DNA from: Octopus sinensis
Lineage: Eukaryota
Assembly (NCBI RefSeq): GCF_006345805.1
Contig: NC_043017.1
Coordinates: forward strand, 2,170,001-2,234,000
Length of the DNA stretch: 64,000 bases
Direction: 5' to 3'
The notes under the pieces are model-generated. The model did not search any database. It worked only from the letters and a program-made list of their open reading frames with translations, and was not told the DNA's origin. A program made the position numbers and the translations under genes. This document shows, in pieces, positions 25,793-39,280 of this stretch (positions are counted from its first letter, which is position 1; each line of letters begins with the position of its first letter).

Positions 25793-26096
25793 ATATATGC
25801 ATATATATATTGCATATATACATATATGTAAAACATACATTCACTGCTACGTCAGTTGAGTACCACATAAAAATGAATAAAATTCAAATTACCAGCAAGA
25901 AATTAAATAGAGAGATACAATTGACACTCCAATAATTGAATTATATTGAAACATAATATTCTATGAATAAAACATAATATAAGATAACATTAACAAGTAT
26001 TAGAATAACAAAATAGCCAACAAATTGTTTCGACTTACATACATTTTTTTGATATATAAACAATTCACTTGCAGTATAATGCAAGAAGAGCAATGT

Positions 26097-26342
26097 GAAG
26101 GCGCTTGGCTTCGTGTTCAGGAGGTCAGCATCATGATCGTAAGATTGTGGTTTCGATTCCTGGACCGGGCGACGCGTTGTGTTCTTGAGCAAAACAGTTC
26201 ATTTCACGTTGCTTCAGTTCACTCAGCTGGCAAAAATAGTAACGCTGCGATGGACTGGCGTCCCGTCCAGCTGGGGGGAACACATACGCCACTGAAACCG
26301 GGAAACCGGACCCATGAGCCTGGCTAGGCTTTAAAAGGGCGC
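26097..26342 (+). mobile_element. SINE-D with gcgatggactggcgtcccgtcc tail
   Basis: Head gaaggcgcttggc...gtttcgattcc, SINE-D body; tail 26238-26342 also present on the SINE-C copy at 43501-43607. Confidence 0.88.
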
Positions 26343-26399
26343 TTTCATTATTTTTTTTTTTTTTGTACTGCATATCTACACTTAAATTCACGTTCATAT

Positions 26400-27100
26400 T
26401 TTATTATTTTACATATTGCTCTTTTCAAGTATTATACTTGTCTGCACTGGATATGTTTATTAAGGCAGTTATTAGCCTTTTTAATATATGGAAGCAAATA
26501 AAACATTTTCAATTGCATTTTAAAGAATTTGGACAACTGTTATACGGTTTGGGCTCCTTCATATTTGTCACGTCTTGTTGTCAATGCCGCAATGGTCTTC
26601 TGTTTCATTCCTTCAATACAGAAACTCAGGACATCCATACCAAACAATATCTTGCCTGGATGTCCATCTGAAATAATATCGTGATGGCTAACATTTTCCC
26701 TCTGAAATAAGATGCTCCTCATTACGCTGCGAACGAGTTGCCATTTTTATTCAACACTGAAGCAAAACACACACTCCATGACTTTGCACACAGTGCAAGC
26801 TTTCCTTCTGAATTAACATGTTGCAACAATAAACATGACACATGTATAAATTTTCTCTGTTTAATACGTTAAAACAAAAATTTCTTCCAAGTTATTTTTA
26901 CGCCTCTTGTTACATCTGTTCGAATACACTAAACATACAGTCGTTCTAATAAGAATAGATTGGTGATCAAGTGCTAACCATACACAGCACAGCAGGCAGG
27001 ATTGCATAAGGCTCACTCTTTGGCAGGTTATATTAAAACATCGACTTCTCTGAAACAAATCTTGTACGTACAACATTCATATCCACGGTGCTTTCACACG
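26400..27100 (-). mobile_element. Very decayed DNA-transposase-like remnant (possibly CMC/Chapaev3-like)
   Basis: Broken minus-strand pieces ITWKKF, CNM..LH..SH and HHDI..GK..GM..FC resemble AW..F / GCNMSLK.HFL.SH / HQDI..ME.RYQG..MMADYC motifs; weak. Confidence 0.25.
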
Positions 27101-28706
27101 ATGTGTTATTATTGATATCCATATTCAATCTCACTGCACGTCAGCTGTTTCTACATATATTATCCACTCTAAATATTGTAAGATGAGCATTATGTTTTAA
27201 GATAATAATGAGAAATAAATATAGTATAACCGTTGAATATACGCAACAAATTTTGAATATGTTTGTTGGTTTAAACCTATACCCCACCCAATCGATATTT
27301 TTCTGAACGTCTAAATATTTCAATTAAATGAGATAATAGGAGTTTTCATCCTTCGATTTCTTTTCATGTTTCCAAAATTGTTTGAATATTATCAGTTGAT
27401 CGAAATTTTACAATTCATTATATTATAAATCTCAAACATTTCTGTTTATGCATTTAGTTTGCAGAATACACCCCTGGGACATTTTAACTCAGTCATACAG
27501 TTATATTCAAAAGTATCCTCACTACCTTCTCCTATTTTCTATATACAGAGACCAGTTTCATCTCGCCAACTGTGTGTAATATATCTCAACGTGCCGCTCT
27601 AATAACACAGTATGTGCCAGCTACATCACCAGAAGATTTTAAAATTAGATCGGCTTCAAAGAGGAAATTTTTTTATGACATACAAAAAAAATCTCATCAT
27701 CTGATCTTATTTAGGTTATCTTCATTGATTTTTTTTTATATTTCAAACACACCCAATGGAAGTTTTTATCTACTAATTACTTGGATAAGCTGAGTCAATC
27801 GATGTTTTTTCAACCCACTATATTACATATATGATAAACAGTATTTATTATGAATCGCTGATGGAAATAATACTAAGGCAACAAAACAACATATAAAATT
27901 CCTCAGCAAATGATTCCATTTCAATTTATTGTAGAGAAACCATTTACTTGAAAACATTCACTATCCTTTTTCTATTTCTTTTTTAACATTTTTTTTTCCC
28001 ACCTCCAACATTTATTTCCTAAATTCAAGCAAGAATAGAAAATTCATAACATAAATCTTGTTCATTGAGGCAAATCACACATCAAAGACAAGCTCACATA
28101 GATATAAATTTATACATTTTTATATCCATCGGCTACCTCAATATCTCGCATTTAGGCGCCATCTTTTTTCTTTTTTTCACTTTACGTTTTACAGAATCAT
28201 TCCTGAAGCAGAAGCCATAATATTTGGATGATTTTCCGATTTCAACACAAAGTATTTAATGTTACTTATTTCACACAATTAAATATTTAATTATTGAAGC
28301 AGAGAATTTATTTTTTGACGATTCAGGCAAATTTCCTATTTATTTATTTATGGATACAAAAAATAACATTCTTATATACATGCATACATACACTCGTATT
28401 ATATATAAATACAGAGTGAGAGATAGAGATAGATACATATATACTTATACACATATCCATCTATTTATCTATCTATCTCTCCATTTCCCTCATCTTTCTC
28501 TATATATATACATACATATATATATATATATATACATACATATATTCATATATATGTATATATATAAATACACAAACTTATATACATATACATGCACACA
28601 CATAAATGTATATGTATATATATATATATATATAATATCAGTATGTAAAGGCATGTATATACACATATATATATACACGTATACACGTGTATATGCATAT
28701 GTGTGT

Positions 28707-28751
<45 letters not shown>

Positions 28752-29811
28752 AGGGTGTCTGTACGTATGCATATAATATATATATATATGTGTGTGTGTG
28801 TGTGAGTCTGTATGTATGCATGTAATTATCTGCGTGTGTGCGTGCATGTACACATATACAGTCACACATATACACATACACACACAAATGCACACACAAC
28901 TAGATATCCGCGCGCACACACTCATTTGCCTTTATTATCTTAAGATATTATTTTCATGCTACTTCTCCATGTATTTCGAAAAAAGAAAAGAAAAGAAAAG
29001 AAAAATGTCTCTCTTAATAGTTTCAAGAAAGTGTTAATATTAACAACACACAACCTAAACTCTTGTTAACTGTCTATTTCCAAACGGGAGCACCTTCGTT
29101 TCTGCGAACAGTGTGAATTAGCAATCAAAAATATGTAATCTACTGGAAAACAAGCATGGATAATAAAAGAAAGGAAAACATAGTTAAATCGCTTATTTAT
29201 TAAATAAACCAACGCCTGCGTGTGATATCTGGAGTGTACAAGTGTTCTGTCATGAAATACTATGAAAGGTGATAATATTTCTCTGTATATTTTGTGCTTC
29301 GTTTATTTCGTCTTTGAAAGCTTGTATTTTTTAAATGCGTTAATATGTTTCTATCGCAGTGTGTTTGTATCTGTGTATGGTTCGAGAGATATGCTGCAAT
29401 ATACTTCTGTTATGCATAGCGTACGCCTCTACAAATTTATGGATATTTCTTTTCAGCTATGTGTGCTTGCCGCTACGTGTGTGTGTGAGAGAGAGATAGT
29501 GTGTGTCTTTGTATGTGAGTGTGCTTCTATATATGTGCTGTGTGTGTTTATGACCACTATGCTATGCGTAATTGTTTGTTAATGGCAGGTACGAATGAGT
29601 TTGCATTTCTTATGCTCATTTAGAGATATCCCTTATATCTCTGCTTATATGCATGCAAAAACAAATCAAAGATATTTAGTTATGTGTTTAGACGTGTGTA
29701 AGTGTCTCAAAGTGGGTGCACGTGGCTATTCACTGACAGGTATTAAACCATATGATATATATTTCAGCGTGCTAGCAAATTTACATGTGTTGTTATGGAT
29801 AAACCTATATG

Positions 29812-29845
<34 letters not shown>

Positions 29846-29906
29846 TTATGTATGTATGTATGCATGTATGTATGTATGTATGTATGTATGTTTGTGTGTG
29901 TCTGTG

Positions 29907-29944
<38 letters not shown>

Positions 29945-30086
29945 TGCATACATATATACATGCATATAGATACACGCATATGCGTGTATATTGTGATAAG
30001 TGTGTGTATTCGTCCGTGGATTACTTAGGTGTGAGTTTTAACGATATTTACATTGCACATTTTTTAGTGGTCGACATATTTGTACG

Positions 30087-30117
<31 letters not shown>

Positions 30118-30486
30118 TGTGCGTATGCACGTTTGTGTGTGTATACGGGTTGGTGTGTAAGAGGGGTATATACGCGTGTGTTTGTGTATTAGTGGACATT
30201 TATAAATTCCATGGAAACAATTCGCTGTATTTATTGTCTTGAAGATGGCGAAAAAATATTTTAAATTCAGCGATCATTCCGATAACTACATTAATAACAA
30301 CAACATCAATAACATGTCGAATAAAAAAATTTGAAAAAGCTTCAAAACAAGCAGAAACGTAAAGAAGGACAACTTCATTCTGTAATATATTTTTTTGTTG
30401 AACTTTCTCTCACAATATATTCTGCAAGTACAAAGAACACGAAGAAAAAGAGTTTGAACAAGAACAACATTAACTGTATTAAGGTA

Positions 30487-30850
30487 GAATGAAGAAGAAG
30501 AAGAAGAAGAAGAAGAAGAAGAAGAATAGGAAGAAGAAGAAGAAGAAGAAGAAGAAGAAGAAGAAGAATAGGAAGAAGAAGAAGAAGAAGAACAGTGGTG
30601 GAGAAGTAGAAGTAAAAGAAGATGAAGAAGTAGAAAAAGGAGAAGAGGATGAAGAAGAAGAAGAAGAATAAGAACAACAACAACAACGCATAAGAGAGTG
30701 GTGGAGGTGGAGGTGAAGAAGAAGAAGAAGGAGGAGGAGAAGTAGAAGAAGAAGCGAAGGAGAGTGGTGGAGGAGAAGGAGAAGAAGATCAACAACAACA
30801 ACAATAGCAATAGCAACGAAACAACAGCAAGTACTACAACAACAGCAACT
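30487..30850. repeat. (GAA)n/(GGA)n/(CAA)n compound microsatellite
   Basis: Direct reading. Confidence 0.95.
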
Positions 30851-31187
30851 AGCTTGTTTAAATAGATATGTCTATATAAAATAATAAGACGAGAAGAGGA
30901 CAGAAATGGGGGGAAACAAAAACTTATGCAAACTTAAAAAAAACTGATTGTTAACATTTTTTTTAAGTTGAGAAAATAGTGACATTTGAAAATGCAAAAC
31001 CGTCCATAAATATTTAACAAACCCCCCAATAGAACCACCCCTCCCAACCGCGACCACCACCAATATTATCAGTAGCAGTAAAGCGATAATAGCAATAAAA
31101 CTATAAATGTCTTCGAATGGGATTGTCAGTTAGATGAATAGGTCTGCGTGTAGGTGGGCGTTGGCGATCAAACACACACACACACAC

Positions 31188-31218
<31 letters not shown>

Positions 31219-31257
31219 ACATACACACTGATATATATATATATATGTGTATATATA

Positions 31258-31308
<51 letters not shown>

Positions 31309-31844
31309 GAATATGCATATATCTATGTATGTTTATATATATACATATATGTGTGTGTATAATGTATTTTATATCAGTTTTCTTCAGTGATACACAGTTA
31401 TAAAAATAAAAGTATGTAAACAAATGATATGACACCCTCCTGATTTCGCTTACAAAACACACACACTTAAAATGGTTGTGCTTCTACACGTTTTCGTTTG
31501 TATGGTATTGAAAATGTGTCGTTGGGTGCTTGTGTATTGCGAGATACATTTATATTCATAATTGTATCTATAATCAGATAGAAGTGGATATTTATATGTT
31601 TATATGCATATGTTTATGTATATACGTATGTATGTATGTATGTATGTATGTATGTATGTATGTATGTATGTATGTATGTATGTATGTATGTATGTATGTA
31701 TACTGTGGTGGTGCAACAATACGGCAAAATAATTCAATCGTATCTCCATCTTTTGATGTAAAAAATAAATAGCAATTTTAAAATAAATAATAATTCCAAA
31801 GACATTTTCTTCCAGGAACAACATTATATTTCAGTGTTGATATA

Positions 31845-31917
<73 letters not shown>

Positions 31918-31918
31918 A

Positions 31919-32000
<82 letters not shown>

Positions 32001-32139
32001 GTATGTATATACATGTATATATAAATGTATTGAGTCATTCCATAAATAATTCGTTTTTTTTATACTTGCTTTATTTTTCACAATTAAGATAAACAACGTT
32101 CTTTTTCAATATAAAATATTAAAATATACTCTCCTCCAT

Positions 32140-33470
32140 TTTCTACAATGTTATTTCATCTATCTGGGAGACTTGCAAGTATCGTCTTCCAAAATTCACT
32201 TGTCCGTAACGAAAAATACTCCTCCAGTACTGTTCTGACCTCGTCTACTGAATTCATATTTGTTTCATCCAAATCCTTTTTGAAGACTCCGAAATATATG
32301 ATAATCAGATGGAGCAATGTCCGGCGAAAATGGTGGATGGGACATCGTTCCCCATTTAAACTGCTGCAAGCCTTTGGAACGTCATGCTCGCCGTATTTGG
32401 CAGTGCATTATCCTGATGGAAGAACACCTTTCATCTTGAAGCTAAATATGGTCGTTTTCCTTCTAGCACTCTGTTAAGCAGCTCAAGCTGCCCGCAGTAG
32501 ATCTCCTTTGTTATCGTTTGCTTTTTGTTTAAAAGTCCAAAGTGGACTAAACCTTTCATATCCCACCTAACAGATAACAACACTTTACGTTGGTGAATAC
32601 CTTCTTTAACCTGGGGTGCCAGTATTTCTCCTTTTTCTACCTACTGTCTTCGGCGCTTGACATTTCTGTAGGGAACACATTCAATCCAAACAGGTTCATA
32701 AGTGAAACGTGACAGCAAAGAATAGCACACATTCACTATCAGCGAGCGATTAGTCTCGAAAATTTTGTGAGGAACGCATTGGCCCAATTTGCTGTCTTAA
32801 CCGATGGCACGCTGGTGTCGATGAATGGTTGAATGACCAAATCCCAGCTACTCTTCTACTTTCTCAACAGTTACGATGGGATTTTGTAACACCAGAATTT
32901 GTAGGACGTCCTCGTCGATCTCTACAGATCTTCCAGGACGAGGCTCAACTTCTAGGCTGTAATTTCTAGCTCGGAAATTTTGGAATCACCGTTCACACTG
33001 GCTTATGCTTATTGTCTGATCCCCATATTCTGAGACCCACTGAGGTCACGACACATACGATGGAATTGCACCAAGAAAGTTAGCCTCCCACGCACAAGTC
33101 CGGGCAAGGTTGTTTATGTAAGACCAGCAGTCGCCCATGCATACCGGCCTCCCTTCTCCACGCCACCAGTATTATCCAAGGGAAAAGGCAAAGGGGCCGA
33201 TACAGCTTGGCACCAGTGACGTCGCAACTCATTTCTACAGCTCAGTGAACTGGAGCTACGTGAAATAAAGTGTCTTGCTCAATAACACAACACGCAACCC
33301 GGTCCAGGATTCGAGCTGACAACCTCACGATCGTAAACTCGACGCTCTAACCACTGAGCCATGCGCCTATACTGCATTAATATTCCTCGCACTTTCCGAT
33401 GCGTTGTTGCTCTTATTGAACTCGTAATATGTCGAATATCGTAAAATTTTCTCCTTTTTTTGCTATTTTA
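32140..33470 (-). mobile_element. Decayed mariner transposase (DD34D), split by SINE-D
   Basis: YEFNKSNNASESARNINAV|YGDQTISISQCER.FQNFRARNYSLEVEPRPGRS; FHQDNALPNTA; KWGTMSHPPFSPDIAPSDYHIFRSLQ. 34 residues between second and third D after correcting one frameshift. Confidence 0.9.
33029..33368 (-). mobile_element. SINE-D with long tail, nested in mariner
   Basis: Head aggcgcatggctcagtggttagagc...gctcgaatcctgg; transposase frame rejoins across it with a 3-bp ATA duplication. Confidence 0.9.
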
Positions 33471-35287
33471 GAACAGAATATTCACAAATTAAGGTAGCTG
33501 TCAGTTAATGTTGTTAATGTTTTAAAACATAATTTTGTTAGATTCCATCACTCGATTTCATATTAATAATTAATTTGAGGAAAAATACTTATCTTTTCTT
33601 ACTTCCTTATATCAAATCTATTTTGATACAAGAAGCTGGCCCTGAGGTTGGTTTAAATAGATTTAGAATGATTTTAGTCTCAAGTTGACTTAATTTATAT
33701 TTGATGATCTACTTTTTAGATTATATTCGTAAACAACTGCGACATAACCTATATGTTGGTGCAATATTGTTAGTTCATTTGTAGGATTATTAGATTAGAT
33801 GGATTATTTTCGAATAGTCCTCGTTCAAATATCTCGAATTTAAATAAATTTTACAGAAGCGTTTCTGAATAAAATTGATGTTCACACAATAACCATCGTA
33901 GAACTAATAGCCGCTGTTATAGAATATGTCATTAATAGTACCCGCTACAGTAACTCTCATTGTAACGATTTTTATCTACGACACCTCTCATTACAATAGC
34001 TCTAATTACTATAATACCCAATACAATAATCCATTTTACCATAAGACACAATGCAATGGAATTCAATGCAATATCTTTCATTTGAAAATATACTGTTATA
34101 ACAATAGCGTTTATAAAAAATAAACCGCATTACTATATCATTCAACCAATTAAATCCCTCATTATAATAACAATTATAACAGTTTTCATTAGCGTATTTC
34201 CCATTATAACCACTGTCATTGCTATGATATTGAAAATTGTCATTAAAATTGCCCGTACTTATAATAACACTCATTCCAATTGCTGCTTATGCTAGATTTG
34301 ATTATAAAAAGTATTATTACACCCGCGTTCACTACCAATAGGTATCATTTAATTATTTCCCATCAAACAACTTTCATTTCAATAATACTGGAATATCTGC
34401 CATTAAAATTGTACTTATTTAAATGTCACTCACTACAATAATTTTGATTATAACAGCAATCATTCATTATGATATATCTCAACATAATTTCCATTAAAAC
34501 ATTTTTTATAGAAATGATATTCGTTGTGATATATGTCATGAAAATTGCATTTATTTACACTATAATTCTCTACAAAATCGCAACATATAATAACCGAAAC
34601 TACAATACCTGTTATAACAACAATTCTCATTATAATAGTTTTCCGTAAACGATATAATAACAGAGCGATTTTTATTTTAATAATATTGCAATATCTGCCA
34701 TTAAAATAGCGATATCATTCACTAGAGTAGCTTGTTTGTACAATAACTCTAATAAGTATTAATATCAATACAATATGTTTCATACTGTCTAACTTATAAT
34801 GCAATAACTCACATCATCTAATAACTCTTTTTAAATTACCTCACGTTACAATATTTCTCCTTAACACAGCCTGCAATAACTTTCATATGCCTGGTTTTAT
34901 CCGAAAATCACACAGATTACAGTAAATTTAAAATAGCTGTTATTATACAATATCACACACCCTAATGATATATCTTTCATTTACTGGCTATTGTTGTAGT
35001 AAATATCGTTCCAATATCTTTCTATTCAGTATAAGCCATTAGAATCTCACATATTACCATTGGCCTTATAGTAATACGCGTAATTATTATGTTGTGAAGG
35101 CCTTATAACAACCCCCATTCTTAATAACTGATAATAACCAATATATAATTTATAATAACTAGTATATAACTGCATTGTGTATATGCGTGTGCTTGTTTGT
35201 ATGTGCGTGCATATGCGTCTATGTATATTTGTAAATGTATGTAGGTATATGTATATCTACCTATCTATCTATTTATCTATCTATCAA

Positions 35288-35388
35288 TGGCTGCGTGGTA
35301 AAAAGTTTGCTTCCCAACCACATGGTTCCGGGTTCAGTCTCACTGCGTGACATCTTAACCAAGTGACTTCTACTATAGCCTCGGACTG
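35288..35388 (+). mobile_element. SINE-A 5' fragment
   Basis: tggctgcgtggtaaaaagtttgcttcccaaccacatggttccgggttcagtc. Confidence 0.85.
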
Positions 35389-35392
35389 AAAA

Positions 35393-35650
35393 AGGCGGCG
35401 CACTGGCAGAAACGTTACCACGCCGAGTAAAAAAAGCGGCGCACTGGGAGAAACGTTAGCACGCTGGGCGAAATGCGTAGCCGTATTTCGTGTGCCGTTA
35501 CGTTGTGAGTTCAAATTCCCCGGAGGTCGACTTTGCATTTCATGCTTTCGGGGTCGATAAATTAAGTACTAGATGCGTAAGGGAGTCGATCAAATCAACT
35601 GGCCCCCACCCGCTCCAAAATGTTTTGCGCCTTGTGCCTAGAGCAGAAAC
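35393..35650 (+). mobile_element. SINE-B single-unit form with duplicated 5' head
   Basis: gcggcgcactgg(c/g)agaaacgtta occurs twice, then one unit and the tail. Confidence 0.85.
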
Positions 35651-35667
35651 CATTAGTTAATGCGTTG

Positions 35668-35850
35668 CTTGCAGAATCGTTTAACACATCGGGCGAAATG
35701 CTTAGCTGTATTTCGTCTGTTGCTAGGTTCTGAATTCAAATTCCGCTGCAGTCGACTTTGCCTTCCATCCTTTCGGGTTTGATAAATCAAGTACCAGTTG
35801 TGTACTGGATCGATCTAATAGACTGGCCCCTTCCCCCATAATTTCAGATC
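35668..35850 (+). mobile_element. SINE-B single-unit form
   Basis: Partial head, one unit, ctggccccttcccc tail. Confidence 0.8.
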
Positions 35851-38302
35851 TGTTAAGCTTATTTTTAATATTGATAATGAGTATTTAATCTTGAACACAG
35901 TATTTCCGATTGCATGTATTCTCATAAACGACAGCTGTTCACGCAACGGCTCTCATTTTAATAATCAATTATAATAATGTTCATTATAAACCTCACATGA
36001 TTATAACTTACATTATAATATTTCAACTTGCAATATCCCTCATTACAATATCGCTTATGCAAAATATCTCATTACAGTGGGTCTCGTGTAAACAGCACTC
36101 GGATCAATTTATTTTCACTAGCTCGCACTAATTAGCTCTCAGTGCGCAGCGCTCTCATTACAATAACTCATGTTATAATAATTGTCATCACAGGAGACGT
36201 CTTTAAAATACCTCTTATACTTAAGCTCTTGCAAAAAGAATTCCGAATTAAATAACTCTAATTAAACGTTGTCTCATTCCAATTTTCTTCTCCCAATAAA
36301 TCCTTTCATGATGTTCTCATTATATAAATTATCATTACCATAAGTTTCACTCCATGATTTCTCAGATACACAGCTCTCCCTACAATCTTAATCATTGCGA
36401 TAACACATTGTAATAAATTTCACTAAATAACTGTTTTATTACACTTGGTATCATTACAATAATCCGCAATACATCAACACATATAAACACTATTAGTACA
36501 TCTTTCATTACAAAATCCTCTTACGATAACATTTATTCCAACAACTCCCCTTTCAATGATATTTCAACACTAAGAGTCATTGCAATGGCCACCATTACAC
36601 TGGTTATCATTACTTTAACATCACCCATAGACTAGTTATGATTAAAATAATTTCACTTTACAATAACTCTCTTTCGCGCCTCATTCTCGTAGTTCGTGCA
36701 TATTAGTTCTCTATATTTACACACTGATTCCAACTCGTTTTCATTACTATTTATTCTCACAATTAGCGCTCTGTTTGTAATTCATTCTCATCGTAAGATC
36801 GCAAATTGCAATAACTCTCATCACAGGCCTTCTCGCGATGGTGATAATTACAATTAGAATAGCGATTATTAAAATAACTTTCATTAAACCAATTCTTACG
36901 GCAATATCTCAAGATAAAATACCACATAATACAATATCATTGTATTAACTCTTATTAAATAACCAACATTGCATCATCGCTCTCGATAATGGAACTTCTT
37001 ACAATACACGCCAAACGAATAGCATCCACTACAGTTTATATATTTGTAATACGACACATTAAAATAACTTTTATTACAAACTTCTTATAATATTTCTTAC
37101 ATAATAATATAATAATAATAATACAAAATAATATCAATGATATATAAATATATGCGTATATACATACATATATGTACATACCTACATAAATATGTATATA
37201 TACATGCATGTATGGGTACAGGACATAAAAAAACATTAAACACAATGAGAAACGAAAACATAAAAACAAAAACATAGAAACGACCCCTTTTTTACAAACA
37301 ACGAAAACAATAAACAGAAAAATGAGACATAAAACATAAAGAATATTCCCCTTCTTCAATTGTCCCTGTTTCGTCTACTCCGCTTTCGAAGGTAAGGACA
37401 AGACGCGACTTCGTTGAAACAATCCTTCCCGCAAAGCAAATTAAATAAAATTTGGGATTTTTTGCGGAGGGTGAAAATGGTAACAAGAATCGACTGGTCT
37501 CCTCCCCAAACATTTCAGGCCTTGTGACTAATGTAGAAAAAAATATTATTCACTAGAATTCATTAGGCTGAAAAACTTTCATTAGAGTAGCTATCAAAAT
37601 TACTGTTTTTTTTGCTTTTTGTTTTATTTCAATTAACATTATTACAGTAACATTAACTACAAGGCCTCCCATCTCATAGCAGTACCATTCGTTGCACTAA
37701 ATTTACTCGGAGTATTTCTCATTAACTTAACACATTGCAATAGCTTATTTTACAATTACGCTGACTCTGATTACATTACCTCCCATTCTAATAAATCGCT
37801 GTAATAGCTCCCATATATCTCACCTATTTCTACGCCACTTCAAATTGCATTATTCCACGTTATAGTATAGCTTATGCAATATACCTCATTAGTGTAGCCC
37901 TCGTTTAAACAGTACTCAAAACAATCAATTTATTTTCACTAGCTCACATTAATTAGCTCTCATTGCACAAAGCTCTTATGATGCTATAAGATTTGTACAA
38001 ATAACAGTCAAATATCTACAGACATCTACGACTCATAACGCTCTTACGGAAGGCTCTAAGCTTCACTCCAACTCTTGTTGTTAATCGCCATATCACACTC
38101 AAATTAAGTCCCCCGCTCTTGAAGCTTTTGATACATTAGAGACTGATGTACTTTATCGAATACAACCGAGAATAAATATTGTAGTCTTATCTATTCACAT
38201 TCGATAATAGATATATCGATGCACAAATTCAAAAACATGACAAGAGAAACAAGTATAGAATAGATTTGTGCTTATAACAGCTTTGATAAAGTAACGCTGG
38301 AA

Positions 38303-38404
38303 AGGCGGCGAGTTGGCAGAATCGTTAGCACGCCGGCGAGGTCCTTAGCGATACTTCGTCTGCTGCTACGTTCTGAGTTCAAATTCCGCCGAGGTCGACT
38401 TTGC
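38303..38404 (+). mobile_element. SINE-B 5' fragment
   Basis: aggcggcgagttggcagaatcgttagcacgcc...gaggtcgactttgc. Confidence 0.85.
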
Positions 38405-38439
38405 TACAGCTAGCAAATACAAACTGATCGTTGCTCCCA

Positions 38440-38690
38440 ATTAACAAACCAAAGATGCTAAATTACTATAGTCGCATAATAAGAGGTCATGGTTACCAAA
38501 GAATAGAACTAGAAGGAAAAAGGGAAAAAGCTAACACATGAGAGGATGAAGTGGGCGAAACTATTTTGATAACATCGAGGACGAGATCTAACTATCAAAT
38601 GGTGAATATTTCAGAATGGTCGGGAAAATTCCCGAATGGGGGATCCTTGATATTGAACCAGCTGACAGCAGGTGACACCAAGTGAATGAA
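38440..38690 (+). mobile_element. RTE-like LINE C-terminal remnant
   Basis: KMLNYYSRIIRGHGYQRIELEGKRE and RG.SGRNYFDNIED resemble the RTE L.YFGHI.R...GK.EG.R.RGR...W.DNI ending. Confidence 0.45.
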
Positions 38691-39280
38691 TTTGATTAGG
38701 AATTAATTAGCTGCGGATGCACAGATATCAATGGTGACTTCCGTGTGATCATATCCATGGTTGCCAAAGTATAATTGACGTCGTCAATTTCTGTGTGTGC
38801 AACATGCAACTACAGCGAGAAATATAAATTAACGCTTACTAAATACTATCATTCCATTATAAACTCGTCGCCCGTCATATAATAATAAACAGTTGAACTA
38901 TGTTTATAGAGAATGTGCTGGAAGCGATGAATATACCAGTTCAGCTGTAACTGAAGAATTATCTATGAAGAAATTAGCTTTGTCCAATTGTATGAATTTA
39001 TGTGGGTTCTATAAAGCAACGTAATTATATGAAGGCGTCTCACAAATATAACTCCACAAATATAACATCAATCGTATATAGCATCGCCATACTTTCAACA
39101 TTATTTGCATCCGTCTTTCTCTCACACCGTCCACTATTTCATTCCTATATTCTTTTAATCCTTCAGTCTTTCGTGCTCTTACACATCGTTATGTAGTGTT
39201 CGTATAAGAGAAAGGGAATAGCATTATAATTACCTCATCGCCAAGAAAGGATTATGGAAATAGAAGATATAACAAATATC

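Larger units (their letters stand above)
33880..38060. repeat. Cryptic degenerate minisatellite, ~15-nt period (consensus near TAACTCTCATTACAA), in three blocks separated by insertions
   Basis: Example 33997-34100: tagctctaattacta/taatacccaatacaa/taatccattttacca/taagacacaatgcaa/tggaattcaatgcaa/tatctttcatttgaa. Blocks about 33880-35175, 35920-37035, 37545-38060. Confidence 0.75.

Noticed and set aside
27549-27609. Plus-strand micro-exon with AG acceptor and GTATGT donor
   Set aside because: Short, unrecognisable peptide; such signals are common by chance in AT-rich DNA.
28125-28200. AAGATGGCG start context on minus (MAPKCEILR) and strong plus-strand acceptor at 28196
   Set aside because: The minus ORF stops after 9 codons with a poor donor; all three plus frames stop within 12 codons.
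37340-37430. Possible permuted hammerhead in an unassigned repeat-like segment
   Set aside because: Core reads TTGAAGA and consistent stems could not be drawn.
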